The notes below the pieces were generated by a model. It was not told the origin of the DNA and did not search any database. It saw only the letters and a list, made by a program, of their open reading frames with translations. The translations under genes and the position numbers were made by a program. From Chiloscyllium plagiosum (Eukaryota), in contig NC_057719.1 in the NCBI RefSeq assembly GCF_004010195.1, positions 27,711,458-27,775,457 of the forward strand: DNA of 64,000 bases, in the 5' to 3' direction. Positions 51,551-64,000 of the stretch are shown piece after piece; the stretch's first letter is position 1, and the number at the start of each line of letters is the position of its first letter.

Positions 51551-53069
51551 TTAAGGATTAGAACGCCTGTGGAAATACTAAAAGCTTTCATCTTGCTAAT
51601 TTTGAACTGAACTAGAAATAATTTTAAGTAGTTCATCATCAAAAACTGGATAAGAATCCAATGAAGAGTGCAAGAGGGTATGCCAGGAGCATCACCAGGC
51701 ATTTATCAAAATGAGGTGCTAACCTGGTAACACAGCATTACTCGCATGCCACACAGGGTAAATTCCAAGTGATTGACAAAGCTAAGCAATTCCACAACCA
51801 ATGGAGCAGATTGGAGCTCTGTAGTTCTGCCACATCTAGTCCTGAGCAATGGGGGACAAATAAACAACTGACTGGATGAGAAGGAAGATAGATATGTTAT
51901 CATACACACACACAGTGCAGAAGAGGCTCTTTGGCTCATCAAGTCTGCACTGACACATGAGAAACACCTGACCTTTAACTGAATCCTAATTACCAGCGCT
52001 TGCCTCACAATCTTGAATGTGAATGACACCCCAGGTGCTCATTCAGGTACTTTTTAAAGGATGTGCCTCTATGACCTCTCAGGAATTGGTATTTTTGTAG
52101 CTTACCCTATTTTCTCTGAGGTCTTTGAGGGTCGTGAGAAATTAATTTCAGAAAAAAATTTTTAAAGTGCTGGAGCATGTAATCAACAGTGCCATAATGC
52201 AGCACAAGCTCAGCAATGATATGAGCATTGACACTTAGTTTGGGCTCCACTGAGGCAAGACAAAGACAGCAGAAACATGGGCAACTTTCCAAGTCATTCA
52301 CCACCCTGACTTGGTCATTTATCACCTTCAGTGTTCCCGTTCAAAATCCTGGAATTCCCTCCCTAGCAGTCTTTTGGGTGTATCTACACCAAACAGAATG
52401 CAGCAGTTCAGGAAGGCAGCTCATCACCACCCCCTCAAGTAGAACTAGGGATGGGACAATATATACCGACCCAAACACCAACACCCACATCCTGTGAGTG
52501 AAACAAAAAAAAGGACATGCTACAAAATTTATCAAGTGCACGAAAAATTGTACCTTGCTGTTTTTAGTAAAGACAGAATTCAGTTTCAAACGATCAAAGA
52601 TCTGGTTTCAACATTTTTGAAAAGACAAAACTCAACAACTGGACTGCAAAGTTTATATGAGAGGTGCAGACTTAGCTCCTGAATAAGATCCAATACAAAT
52701 CAGTGTGTCAATGGATTAACAGTAACAGTACTAGAAGAATCAAATATAATTCTTATCTACTGGCAAGCTGTTAATCAAAAATGTTGTAATTTTTGGATGC
52801 ACTAAAAAGTATTTTGTTCATAATATCCAAGAGTGGACAAGTTTACACAATGGACCAACACAAATGCAATATAGCAAAGGTTCATGATTAATTCATGACC
52901 CCATGTCATTTCTACTGACAGTGATATAGAGAGAGTAAAGGCAGCCAATGCCAAAAGTCAATGCACTACAGTATCAGATTAACTGGTGACATCGATTCCA
53001 AATCACAACAGTGCACTCAGAAATTTCCCCTCCAGCACCAAGGTCAAATTTTAATGATACTCCTCTCAC

Positions 53070-53135
53070 CTTTTGACAATTAGATTCATCACCATCGGAT
53101 CCAGAGATATCTGGTTGGTCAGTCAAGCTTGAGTT
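53070..53135 (-). CDS. SNAPC1: SNAPC1 coding exon 6 (66 nt): NSSLTDQPDISGSDGDESNCQK
   Basis: Acceptor ttttacag, donor AAG|gtgaga, phase 0-0, open frame. Position and size fit the variable linker exon. Confidence 0.82.
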
Positions 53136-53500
53136 CTGTAAAATTTGAGATAAAAGAATGGTGTTATTTGTTTCCTTAAATCACCAGAAATGCTAAAGCT
53201 TAAACACCTGAATTGACACCAAAAATATGACACCAAGATCAGATACGATACATCCAACCACAATGAATGCCTTCTTCCCAGGTTAAAGAAAGGCAAACCA
53301 GCACTGAAGTAAACATGGACACAGCATTTAATATTCTGAACTCAGAATTTAGAGATCCTGTCACCGGTTTGTATTTTATCAGATCATCAGACTACAGACA
53401 TTCTAATGCTCCAAATGTCAGAACTCACTTGCCAGTTCCACATTTGGCTTTACATCAATTATATGAATACTGACATGTAAGGTAAGACACTCAGCGAAGG

Positions 53501-53555
53501 GTAAAAACAATGACTGCAGATGCTGGAAACCAGATTCTGGATTAGTGGTGCTGGA
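53501..53555 (-). mobile_element. 55-bp stub of the Penelope terminus
   Basis: gtaaaaacaatgactgcagatgctggaaaccagattctggattagtggtgctgga, matching the 19855 copy. Confidence 0.8.
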
Positions 53556-54099
53556 GAAAACAGATCCAAAATACAGGATGAGTAAATTTGATATGGCAAC
53601 TGCATATTTTAACTGACTTTGTTTTACTTATGTTGGAACGTTGCCACTCAATTCTACAACAAAGCAGTACATAAAACTACACAGCACAACAAATGATGCT
53701 CTAGTAATGTAATTTTAATAGGCATTAACAATGTGAAACCTTTCTGATTGAGTCAACAATGTTTAAAAGTAGGTTCTGGCCTTTAACACACCAGAGTTAA
53801 AAATCTAATTGATTCAAAATAGCTGCCAGTACCTCACTACAAAACGAGAGGGGACTTATTAATTTTTCATCTGCTCAGTATGAGGTGAGGAACAGTTACT
53901 GCTCCCCCTTTTCTTTGTTCCCTCATGGTCAGTTATAACAAATGTTTTTTCTTTTTATAATTTGAAGCATGATAGCTACATTCAGAAATTAAGTTAACCA
54001 AATAAAAATGGAGAGTCATTTCCAAGGTTTGCTGAGTGATTTTTAATTACCTATTACCCAAAAACAATAATAAAATGTGACAACAAACAGACACACACA

Positions 54100-54680
54100 A
54101 ATAGGAGTTGGGACATAATGTTGCAGTTGTACAGGACATTGGTGAGGCCATGTTAGAATACAGCATACAATTCTGGTTGCCTTTCTATAGGAAGGAGGTT
54201 GTTAAATTTGAGAGATTGCACAAAACACCTACAAGGATGTTACTGTAACTGGAGGGTTTGAACTAGAGGGAAAGGCTGAACAGGCTGGGACTATTTTCCC
54301 ACGAGCATCAGAGGCTGACGGACAACCTTATAGAGGTTTATAAAACCATGAGGAGCACGGATCGGGTGAATACCTAAGGTTTTTTTTTCCCTGGGTGGGG
54401 GTATAGAGGGCATAGATTTAAGGGGACAGCGAAAGGATTTAAAACAGGCCTATGTGGCAACTTTTTCATGCAGAGGGTGATGCATGTATGATGCGCTGCC
54501 AGTTGAAGTGGTGGAGGCAGGTACAAATACAACATTTAAAAGGTATCTGCATGAATATATGAAAAGGAAGGGTTTAAGAGGGATATGGGCCAAATGCTGG
54601 CAAATGGGACTAGGTCAGATTGGGATGTCTGGTCAGTGTGGATGATTTGAACCGAAGGGTCAGTTTCCATCTGTATGACT
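54100..54680 (+). mobile_element. CR1 3' part
   Basis: MLQLYRTLVRP.LEY..QFW.P motif and CR1 tail. Confidence 0.85.
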
Positions 54681-55792
54681 GTACCACATCAAAATGTTGT
54701 TCATTTCGCTGTCAACATATAGACACTAATGGCAGCATCAAGATCAGTTTGCAGTGCTTCAGTCAAAAGGCACTTGACATAACTGCATTAGTTTAAATAC
54801 CACACTTTATGCAATCTTTTGGCAACATATCCATGCAATGATAAAAAGAATTCATCAGTAATATTGTTACTGAAAAGCAACTGCATATCAGATTCAGTAG
54901 AGACTACTTTCAAATAAATTATCAATCTCATTATGCATTTGGCTTTCAATTATTTGCCCCCACTGTATAAATAGGATTCATTTCATTTTGTACCAACTTA
55001 AGGCTGTCCCAAATCAAAAGCTCACAACTGAGCAAGCCTAACAAATCCAATATTGCCTCTTTAAACCGTGAAAATTCAACAACCCAATATATATTGCAGA
55101 ACTACTTTCAATGCTAGAACCTAACGTATAAACAGCTGTGGCAAAGAAAAAGAATCTAACTCTCCTGCTACTATACATGGTCTGTTCCAACTGGGTCTTT
55201 ATCTAAGGACTATATGGTGTGTTAGAACCAACTTTCAACATTCAGCAAACCCTCTCTGATGTATAATCCCTCTCTGAAGGCAAATCTCATAGAGGATATT
55301 TCAGCAATTGCTGCAGCCCTCTATTAAAAGTACTGAAACGGTCATTCTTTATGTGTCAGCCTCGTTAATACCAGCAGGTTATTCAGACATAGACAAAACA
55401 ACTCAGCAACCAAGTGTGATCATATCTTCCCTTCTATCAACATTTCCACAGATGCATCTGACAGCATAGAGCATCTCATTTTTTTTCTCTACACGATCAC
55501 ATAGATAGGAAGGCCAACTGAGCACCTCATTAGAATGCCAGAAAGGATTAATTTACTCATCAAGCATTAACAATTAAACCTGGACTTTTCACGGAGTATT
55601 TGGCTCAGCGAACATTGCATCAATAAGCCTTCTGTATGACTGTACCACATCAAAATGTTGTTCATTTTGCTGTCAACATATAGACACTAATGGCAGCATC
55701 AAGATCAGTTTGCAGTGCTTCAGTCAAAAGGCACTTGACATAACTGTATTAGTTTAAATACCACATTTTATGCAATCTTTTGGCAACATATC
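54670..55792 (+). repeat. 162-bp direct duplication (54670-54831 and 55631-55792)
   Basis: Aligned by eye: 3 C/T mismatches and no indels. Confidence 0.92.
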
Positions 55793-56123
55793 ATTTTTAT
55801 CGGATCTGATCAGTTGCCCCACAAAGACCCTGACAGAAAGGTCACAATGTAATCCACCACAGTAGGTTGATACAAAATAGGGTTGAGGTAAAAAAGATAA
55901 AAAGATTATTCCATTTTTTAAACTTACCTGCGTACCAAAATCTCAGAATTGTTTCTAAAGTCCCAGACAAATCATATCGGAATTTCTGCATGACTAATGT
56001 TCAATTTGTCAGCAGAGAAAAGAATTTAGGCAAAAGAAGCAACATGTTCTCGATCTTAAATCAATTTCAAAAATCATTAGACTGAATTACAAATATTACT
56101 TCATATTACAAAACAAATGTTAC

Positions 56124-56279
56124 CTTTTTCTCTTGCCACTGTTGGAATTCCAGCGTTATGTTCTTTAAGTCAGAAACAAAGTCACTTCGAATTAAACTTA
56201 ATGCTTTGTCCAGCTGGGTTTTGTTTGCAGAGATCATACGTTTCATTGTTTGATAATGATCATGGATATTCATAAGTTC
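56124..56279 (-). CDS. SNAPC1: SNAPC1 coding exon 5 (156 nt): ELMNIHDHYQTMKRMISANKTQLDKALSLIRSDFVSDLKNITLEFQQWQEKK
   Basis: Acceptor gtattttaaag, donor AAG|gtaaca. Matches EMLNVHDHYQNMK...DKALSLIK...QQW. Confidence 0.95.
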
Positions 56280-56491
56280 CTTTAAAATACATGAATTAAG
56301 AAAAAGTATTTAAAATCCCTTGTGTCAGTCTATTATTCTTCTTGGAGGAAAGTATGAGGTTGCGACTCCCTTAGCCTCAGCCAACTGCATGTGATCATGA
56401 ATACAGCAAAAGACCAGTCTTTTACTCCAGTGATGCTCAGATTTCAGACTCAAACATTTTTAGACCCAAATTACTCTCCAAAACATCTTAC

Positions 56492-56599
56492 CTCCAAAAC
56501 ATCAACGGAAATGAGTTCAGACACCAGGTTAGATCTCTCCCGGAGGTTATCGTTAATAGTATTACCGGGTATTTTTCTCCTTTTCTTATTGTAAGCCAG
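56492..56599 (-). CDS. SNAPC1: SNAPC1 coding exon 4 (108 nt): LAYNKKRRKIPGNTINDNLRERSNLVSELISVDVLE
   Basis: Acceptor ttttttcag, donor GAG|gtaaga, phase 0-0. Similar to LSYRMKKK...LITSDVLE. Confidence 0.93.
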
Positions 56600-56728
56600 C
56601 TGAAAAAATTAAAGTGAGCTTTCAGAAGTCAAGTGGTATCTTTCATTAAAAGGAAATATATTATTTTAATATTTGCAGATGACAAACTTATTGCATATTT
56701 TGAGAAAGAAACAAGTGAAAAATTATTA

Positions 56729-57068
56729 CAGGTGCACAATCCTTTATCCAAAATGCTCAGGACCAGCTGGTTTTCAGAACTCAGAAGTTTTCGAATTTCA
56801 GAATAAGTGTCAGTTTGATGTGAATTTTTAAAAATCTTTCCAAAGTATAGACTTACATGAGTAAAACAGGCCCCGAAACAGAATTAAGGCCTGCCAGTGC
56901 TGAGGCCCGCCCCCACACATCACATCTGAGAGACACGCATCGAGTGGGTGTGGATTTGGGTTAAGTGTTTGCACACCAAACAACCTTGTTAATGAGAAAA
57001 AAAACTCTTAAACAAAAACCTTCAGACTTTGGAGCTTTTCAAATTTCGGATTAAGGGTCGTCAACCTG
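56729..57068. mobile_element. pogo/Tigger-type MITE (MER46/Zombi-like TIR)
   Basis: TIRs caggtgcacaatcctttatccaaaat / atttcggattaagggtcgtcaacctg, with TA duplication on both sides. Confidence 0.75.
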
Positions 57069-58061
57069 TACAAAGTGGAGTATCTGTTCCTAGTACACAA
57101 AAAAAATGGCCACTGGAGTCCATGTACATGTGCCCCCACCTTTAATGTTTTAACCAGCTGAACGAGGTGAAAGCACTGCAGCAACGTTTGGAATTGGAGG
57201 TCAATGCCGCAATTGGCATTCTGATGCTGATCACCAATGTGAAACCTTGGAGGGGCTGCAGCCTTGCAGCTTAGAGGGAGTGTTGTCCCCACCCCCTCCA
57301 CCTACATCATACCAGTCAGCTGTGACATGACTTGTACTGCCAGTATGGATCAATGTCGTCATGAGCTGGTGCATGATGATGTCAGGACCCATGCACATAC
57401 AGAACAGGAACATGGACCTGCATCTACACTTGCATGTATATTACCATTGACAAACAACTGTGAAATGAAAAAAGTGTTTTGAGCTAGGAACTGAGGCCTA
57501 GTTGACAACAGTGCCAATTGTCTGGTGTGATCCTTCATCTGTAGGTATGTGTGCATTAGGTGCAGCACTTGACTTTTAAATTAGTCCCTCATCAACTCCA
57601 TAGAGGAATAACTCTTTGTAATCAGTCCTCAAAGTGTACCCTACTCCAGTGAGCTGTAATGCAAAGGCAGCACATTGCTTCAATTATTTTCCCATCACTG
57701 GACATAGTGGCTGCCTTGTTTAGCCAAGATTCCTGAGAAGCTTCTGATGCTTTAATTCTGCACAGTCTGTATAATCACTGTCATTACAATTGGCAGTGAC
57801 CTCTTTGTGACAATCCATCATGATATACATAAAACGCAGTCAATACAAAAATCTACAGCAACCTGAAAATAACACCAGATGATAAACAGAGATGTGGCAC
57901 TTCCCTATCAAACATCTCTTCACACTATCTGAATTAACAGATCAACCTAAAGTGAGTTGGTGCCTCCATTAAAATAGAGAAAGATACTTTATCCATTATT
58001 TTAAAGGTTCACACATTGCACTGAAGTTCCAAAGAACCTCAACTCAACAAGCAACACTTAC

Positions 58062-58202
58062 TAATATTGGCATTGCTGTGAAATGGAAGGCTTTGTCATG
58101 TAAGAGTTTTTTCAGAACATAAACAGCATCAAAATGTTCTGCTTTCACCATTTCTTCTTGGCAACTTAGCACCTCATCCCAATCTTTCAGTGCCATCCTT
58201 AT
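58062..58202 (-). CDS. SNAPC1: SNAPC1 coding exon 3 (141 nt): IRMALKDWDEVLSCQEEMVKAEHFDAVYVLKKLLHDKAFHFTAMPIL
   Basis: Acceptor ctacag, donor TTA|gtaagt, phase 0-0. Matches IRVALKDWDEVL...AFHFTAMPKL. Confidence 0.96.
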
Positions 58203-58439
58203 CTGTAGATCATATAAACATAACTGTCAGTTAAATAAACATCATTCAAAGCATTTAATGTGATCTTTAATCATAGCACGAAGCACTGTAAAGGGGAAAA
58301 TTACCTGGAGATTCCATTGCATACAGAGAGAGAAAGACAGAGACAGAGAGAGGACTGGTGGCAAGTTTAATCTGATGGTCACCATGCCTCAGGCAAAGGG
58401 CAAGGATCTAAAGACGCGCAAACCTCTTCCAGAAATAAT

Positions 58440-59055
58440 AAACTCTCAACTGACTTAATAGGCCAGCCTCTACTTATAAACCAGTGACCCCTAGTTTTTT
58501 TCAGTAAGATGAAACATCCTTTCCATTTCCACACTGTCTAGACTCCTCAGGATCTTAATGTTTCAAATGAGTCACATCTTACTCTTCTAAATTCCAGCAG
58601 CTTTAAGTCTAGCCTGTCCAATCTTTCCTCAAGACAATCCTTCCAATTACTGTTATGAGTCCAATGCTTCTTCTCTGATATTTTTCCAATTGATTTATAT
58701 CTTTCCTTCAGTAAAGAGACAATATACTTCCATTAAGAGGACTCCCGATGTGATCTCTCGGTACAACTGAAACATAACCTCTCTACTTTTGCATTCAATT
58801 CTCTTATAATAAATAACATTCTACTGGCTTTCCTAATTTTTTGCTGGAGCTGCATGCTAACCATTTGCAATTCATGAACTAGGATGTTGAGGTCCCTCTG
58901 CACCTCAGCACTTTGAAATCTTTTACCACTTAGATAATAATTCCTTTTAGTTCTTCCTGCCAAAATGGACAATTTCACATTTCCCATTGTACACTGCCTT
59001 TGCTAGATCTTTTCCCACTCACTTAACCTTTCAATATCCCTTTGCAGTTTCCTTT
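58440..59055 (-). mobile_element. Old CR1 fragment
   Basis: YYLSGKRFQSAEVQRDLNILVHE...IRKASRML. Confidence 0.7.
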
Positions 59056-60779
59056 CTTGCAGATTTGTCTCTGCGTGTAGACTTATGGTTGGACTGACAG
59101 CAAGCAGATAAAAAACAATTAAACTGGATTTTGTGCAGCAAAAATAGAAAGGAACAGGTGAATGTCATGGAATTACAGCACAGAATTAGGCCATTTGAGT
59201 CCATTTTGGTGTCTGTGCTCTACCCAAGTTTCCTGTCTGTATTATTTATCTAACCTCATCAACATTCCCTTCAATTTATTTCTCCTCTATGTTTATCGAG
59301 CTTTCTCAAATACACCTGTCCCATTCACTTCAAGTACTCCTATCAGATTTTAACTAGTCTTTAAAAACAAAGAAAATCTCACATTATATATAGCCCATTT
59401 TGTAACTACTGGATATTATGTGATGTAGACCATGATGGGCCAGCATTTATTATCCTAAGTGCCCAGAGGACAGCTATGAGTCAACCACATTGGTACAGGC
59501 TGGAAACAGTGGGATGGACTGGTAAGAATGCCACATTTCCTTCCATAAAGCACATTAGTGAACTAAATTAGTCCTTACATCAAATGACAGTGGTTACATG
59601 GCCACAATTAAACTAGATTCTTTTTTTTAAATCCCAGATTCCAGTGGGAGGGTGAAAGAGAAAGAGAGAGAGGTGGAGTGGGAATGTATTGATAATGACA
59701 ATGGGAAAAAGGGATGAAAGAAAAATATTTTATAATTTAGATGCAAATCCTAAAGCTTTATAAAGAATTGATGTGGGAGAGAAATATCTAACTGAGCCCA
59801 AATTCCAGGCCTCTGTCCTGTTCCACAACACCCCTCCCCAGGTTCTCCTCCACTCATACTCCTCCAGAGTTGCAGCTACTCCAGCAGCACCTTCCCACCC
59901 TCCTTTAGCTGCTGATCCACTTTATCCCACTGTCAGTGGGTGGTTGTGGTTCATCTTTGACCAGCGCTAGTCAACTTGGATCAGGGCTCCCCAGCAAATA
60001 GAGCCAAGGATCTGGAGCTTATAACCAGGCATGCCAAAGAGTGAAGAAATCCCACCACTGATTGTTTGGGTAACATTGGGATCCCGAACAGGCCAAGTCA
60101 CAGCCCACAGTTGAGACAGTCAGCTGGAATGAAACTCTGTCCAGAGGCTGGGGCTGGAGTCTGAAGCTTGGATTGGGCAAGTTGATCCTCCCATCAACCC
60201 TGCACCAGTGGTGCTGACTCCACAAGAAGTTGGGCCAGCTCAGGAGGGCCCTCTGCAGGCTACTCAAGAACAGTAGCTACTGGGAGCATGGCTTCAACAC
60301 CTGCAGGGAGTCAGTCAGAATGGCGAAGGAATTAAAGAGAAAAGCAGCCAGGTGGTGGCTCCCAAAGACCAGGCAGAGGTTATGACTAAAATGCACAAGG
60401 GGAATTCCATAATCTAAAAGTTGGAATTGTATCATATGGCAGAAATTCCACACCTATGGAAAACTACACAGAAATATCAGTCTTACATTTTATCCTCACA
60501 CACTGGAGTGGGAAAAGAACCCAGAACCTTGTGAGATGCTATTACCTGAGCAATGGCTGATACCCTGAGTAAAATTATTTTCTCTGTATTTCATATTGGA
60601 TGTATTTCTGACCATTTTCTAGCTCCTAGGTTTTGACTCCACCGACAAGTGAAAATAATCTGAAGTACATTTAATAGCCAGAGAACATAACAATACAAGT
60701 CTTCAGCAACAGTTACAATATTGGAATAAACACAGGCTGAAGAAGAAATGAGTCAAAAATATTACGATCCTGTGCTTAC

Positions 60780-60939
60780 CTTTTCTTTTGGCTGACAAAG
60801 CTGGGTATAATAAAGTCCATAAAGAAGGTACAAGCCCCCAAATCGGATCTGAAAACTATATGGGGGGAAGAAGTACTGACTTGCCAAGATTAATGCTTCT
60901 CTGGTGAACTTTCTGCCATCATTTTTACCCATTTTTCCA
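60780..60939 (-). CDS. SNAPC1: SNAPC1 coding exon 2 (160 nt): GKMGKNDGRKFTREALILASQYFFPPYSFQIRFGGLYLLYGLYYTQLCQPKEK
   Basis: Acceptor ttcttttccag and donor AAG|gtaagc. The peptide matches the SNAP43 motif as recalled from human (FTKEALALAWRYFLPPYTFQIRVGALYLLYGLYNTQLCQPKQK). Confidence 0.96.
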
Positions 60940-61519
60940 CTGGAAAAGAACAAATGCAGTTATGTCAACATTTTGAAACCCATGGTAAGCAAGTGATATA
61001 CATGCACCAATCTGTATACCAAAAGAGCAGAGGGACACAGGATGTTGTGGTTTAAATTCATTCATAACCCACATTCCTGCTACTGCTGCTGGATTTTTTT
61101 AAACTTAATCTGAGGAAATGGAGTTTTGGCTTTGATTAACTATTGAAATGCTACAATCTTAAAAGTTCTACTGTATTGCAAGAGAAATCTCTGTCTGTTT
61201 TAATTTAAACCAGCCACCAACACAAAAAAACAGAAAGAGTGAGAAAAAAGTTGTGGAATTTAAAAACGTTAACTTGCTTTCATACAACACCTTTAATCCA
61301 GCAAATCAACTCAAGATGCTACACAGGAATGGTGGTAGAGTAAATTTGACATTTATATTCATATTGATAGGAAAAACTTGAAAAGCCAATATAAATTGAT
61401 AAAGTGCATTGAAGGTTATAGCAGAAAAAAAGCTCATGTTGTAGTAGTTAGCATATTAATAAGCATAAAGGATTGGATGTAACAGGAAGCTGACAATGAC
61501 AAAGATGTAAACATGTCTA

Positions 61520-61688
61520 AAGAGTGGGGTGCTGGAAAGGCACAGCCAGTCAGGCCGCATCCAAAGAGCAGGAGAATCGATGTTTTGAGCATAAGGTCTT
61601 CGTCAGGATACTGCCTGACCAGCTGTGCTTTTCCAGCACCAAACTCTCCAACTCTGATCTCCAGCATCTGCTATCCTCACTTTCTCCT
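61520..61688. mobile_element. Fold-back Penelope-terminus element (diverged)
   Basis: ggtgctggaaaggcacagc ... gctgtgcttttccagcacc inverted arms. Confidence 0.7.
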
Positions 61689-62041
61689 ACATTCTGCATC
61701 TTTGGCAAGATGTAACAAGTTCATCTTGTATCCACAAGAATCGGTGCTGGAACCTCAACCACTCACAATTTATATAAATTACTTAGATTAAGAGACTACA
61801 TTTGTTATCTATCTTTGCGTTATCAGCAAAGTAAGTTGTGAAGAAAATAAAGCAAGGCAACAAAAAGATACACAGAATATATAAAGAATGGCAAACGGTG
61901 TATAATGTCGAAAGATATAAAATTGCCTGTTTTGGCAGGAAGAATGAGAAGAACGATGTTACTTAAAAGGTAAAACATGTCCAAGTACTGGGATACAGAG
62001 GGATCTGGGTATCATAGCAGTTTACTACATCGCTAAAGCAA

Positions 62042-63005
62042 GTCATAGTCATTGTGTCATAGAGATGTACAGCATGGAAACAGACCCTTCGGTCCAACCC
62101 GTCCATGCCAACCAGATATCCCAACCCAATCTAGTCCCGCCTGCCAGCACCTGGCCCATATCCCTCCAAACCCTTCCTATTCATAGACCCATCCAAATGC
62201 CTTTTAAATGTTGCAATTGTACCAGCCTCCACACTTCCTCTGGCAGCTCATTCCATACACGTACCACCCTGTGTGAAAAAGTTGCCCCTTAGGTCTCTTT
62301 TATATCTTTCCCCTCTCACCCTAAACCTATGCCCTCTAGTCCTGGACTCCCCGACTCCAGGGAAAAGACTTTGACTATTTATCCTATCATGCTCCTCATG
62401 ATTTTGTAAACATTTCTAAGGTCACCCCTTAACCTCCGACGCTCCAGGGAAAACCGCCCCAGCTTGTTCGGCCTCTCCCTATAGCTCAAATCCTCCAACC
62501 CTCGCAACATCCTTGTAAATCTTTTCTGAACCCTTTCAAATTTCATAACATCTTTCCAATAGGAAGGAGACCAGAATTGCATGCAATATTCCAAAAGTGG
62601 CCTAACCAATGTCCTGTACAGCCACAACATGACTTCCTAACTCTGTACTCAATACTCTGACCAATAAAAGAAAGCATACCAAACAGCCTTCTTCACTATC
62701 CTATCTACCTGCGACTCCATTTCAAGGAGCTATGAACCTGCACTCCAAGATCTCTTTGTTCAGCAACACTCCCTAGGACTTTACCATTAAGTGTATACGT
62801 CTTGCTAAGATTTGCTTTCCCAAAATGCAGCACCTCGCATTAATTTGAATTAAACTCCATCTGCCACTTCTCAGCCCATTGGCCCATCTGGTCAAGATCC
62901 TATTGTAATCTGAGGTAAGCTTCTTCGCTGTCCATTACACCTCCAATTTTGGTGTCATCTGCAAACTTACTAACTGTAACTCTTATGCTCACATCCAAAT
63001 CATTG
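62042..63005 (-). mobile_element. Young CR1 3' part inserted into an older plus-strand CR1 (about 61730-62040 and 63005-63300)
   Basis: MLWLYRTLVRPLLEYCMQFWSP...ERVQKRFTRML...LERRRLRGDL and a complete 3' tail. Confidence 0.92.
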
Positions 63006-64000
63006 TAATCAGGAAAGTTAATAGAATATTATAATTTATTGCAAGAGCAATTGCATTCAGTTATAAAGTTATGATTCAGTTTTAAAGGACAAGGTCAGAT
63101 GACATGAGGAATGCTGTGCACAGTACTGGTCACTTTATTTAAGGAAGGATATAAATATATTAGAAGCAATTCAGAAGTATATTAGACTAATGTCTAATGA
63201 GGAAGGGTTGAACACATCTGGCTTATATCTGGTGAAACTTAAAAGAATAAGAAGTGATTTGAGTTAAATTTATAAAATCTTCAATGGTCTTGATAGAATA
63301 ATGTCATTTCTTGATTCCCATTACTGCTTCTCCAGTGCTCCAATGTCCATTTATGTCCTCTCTTACCTTTTCCACATCTAATAAAGAATTTAATACATTT
63401 TTTTTGTTACTAGCTAGCTTACTCTCATGTTTAATCTTCTTCCTCTTATTGTCTTTTTCTGTTGTTTCCTTCGTTTTCAGAAGACTTCCCAATCCTCTGA
63501 CATCCCACTTCACCAAATTGCATGCTTTTTCATCTGCTTTTATGCTTCATCTGCTTTCCCTCGTCCTCCCTAAGCCTTTCCATCTCTCTTTTCTTAAGAT
63601 GTGCTTTCAAACCTAGCACATCGACCAAGTTCTTTAATCTGTCTGAATAGCACTATAGAAGGCTCAGTTTGTGCTTGTTTAGCATTGGGCAAAAGATAAC
63701 TATCTTGCCAGCAATGCTCAAATCTAGGTTGAATTGTAAAAATAACCATTCCCCTAAATTCTCTTGGCAGGTTCAACTATATTAATAGAGTTTATATAAA
63801 TGCAAGTTACTATTACTGGAAAATGGTGCCTCACTAATACTTGTAATTTCGTTTACAATGCTGCAGCGTACAAACAGTACAACATCTTGTGTTCTACAAC
63901 AAGCTTCTCAACTCAGGGTCTGAGAGGTATCTGGCAAAAATCAATTCCCAAACAAGCAACACTGAATGATATCCAGGACTACCATATATGGTCAATGGTC

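Noticed and set aside
60940..64000. SNAPC1 exon 1 and promoter
   Set aside because: No SVRFEDF-like coding segment or CpG-rich region was seen; they lie outside the window.

Overview
This window is repeat-rich vertebrate genomic DNA. The repeat families (HE1/V-SINE, DeuSINE, CR1, Rex1/Babar, Penelope) suggest a cartilaginous fish such as a shark; that is an inference. Two minus-strand genes are visible. (1) SNAPC1 (SNAP43): eight coding exons from 60939 to the stop at 35331, all with AG/GT boundaries and one continuous frame. Exon 1 lies beyond the right edge, and a probable 3' UTR of about 2.1 kb ends near 33210. (2) A CpG-richer promoter-like segment at about 15.0-15.9 kb with a 13-nt first coding exon (MATD|GTAAGT). 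This is most likely SYT16, based on SNAPC1-SYT16 synteny and the N-terminus; the rest of that gene appears to lie beyond the left edge. The remainder is intronic or intergenic and filled with nested retroelements. The most notable non-genic signal is a set of very short (about 120-240 bp) Penelope-terminus insertions. They carry minimal hammerhead-ribozyme-like cores (CTGANGA-A-hairpin-GAAAC-GTC), several have their own 13-15 bp target-site duplications, several are fold-back palindromes, and their variable breakpoints cluster at the hammerhead. Repeat boundaries are approximate unless a TSD or TIR is given. Gene and family calls are from recognition only; no database search was run.
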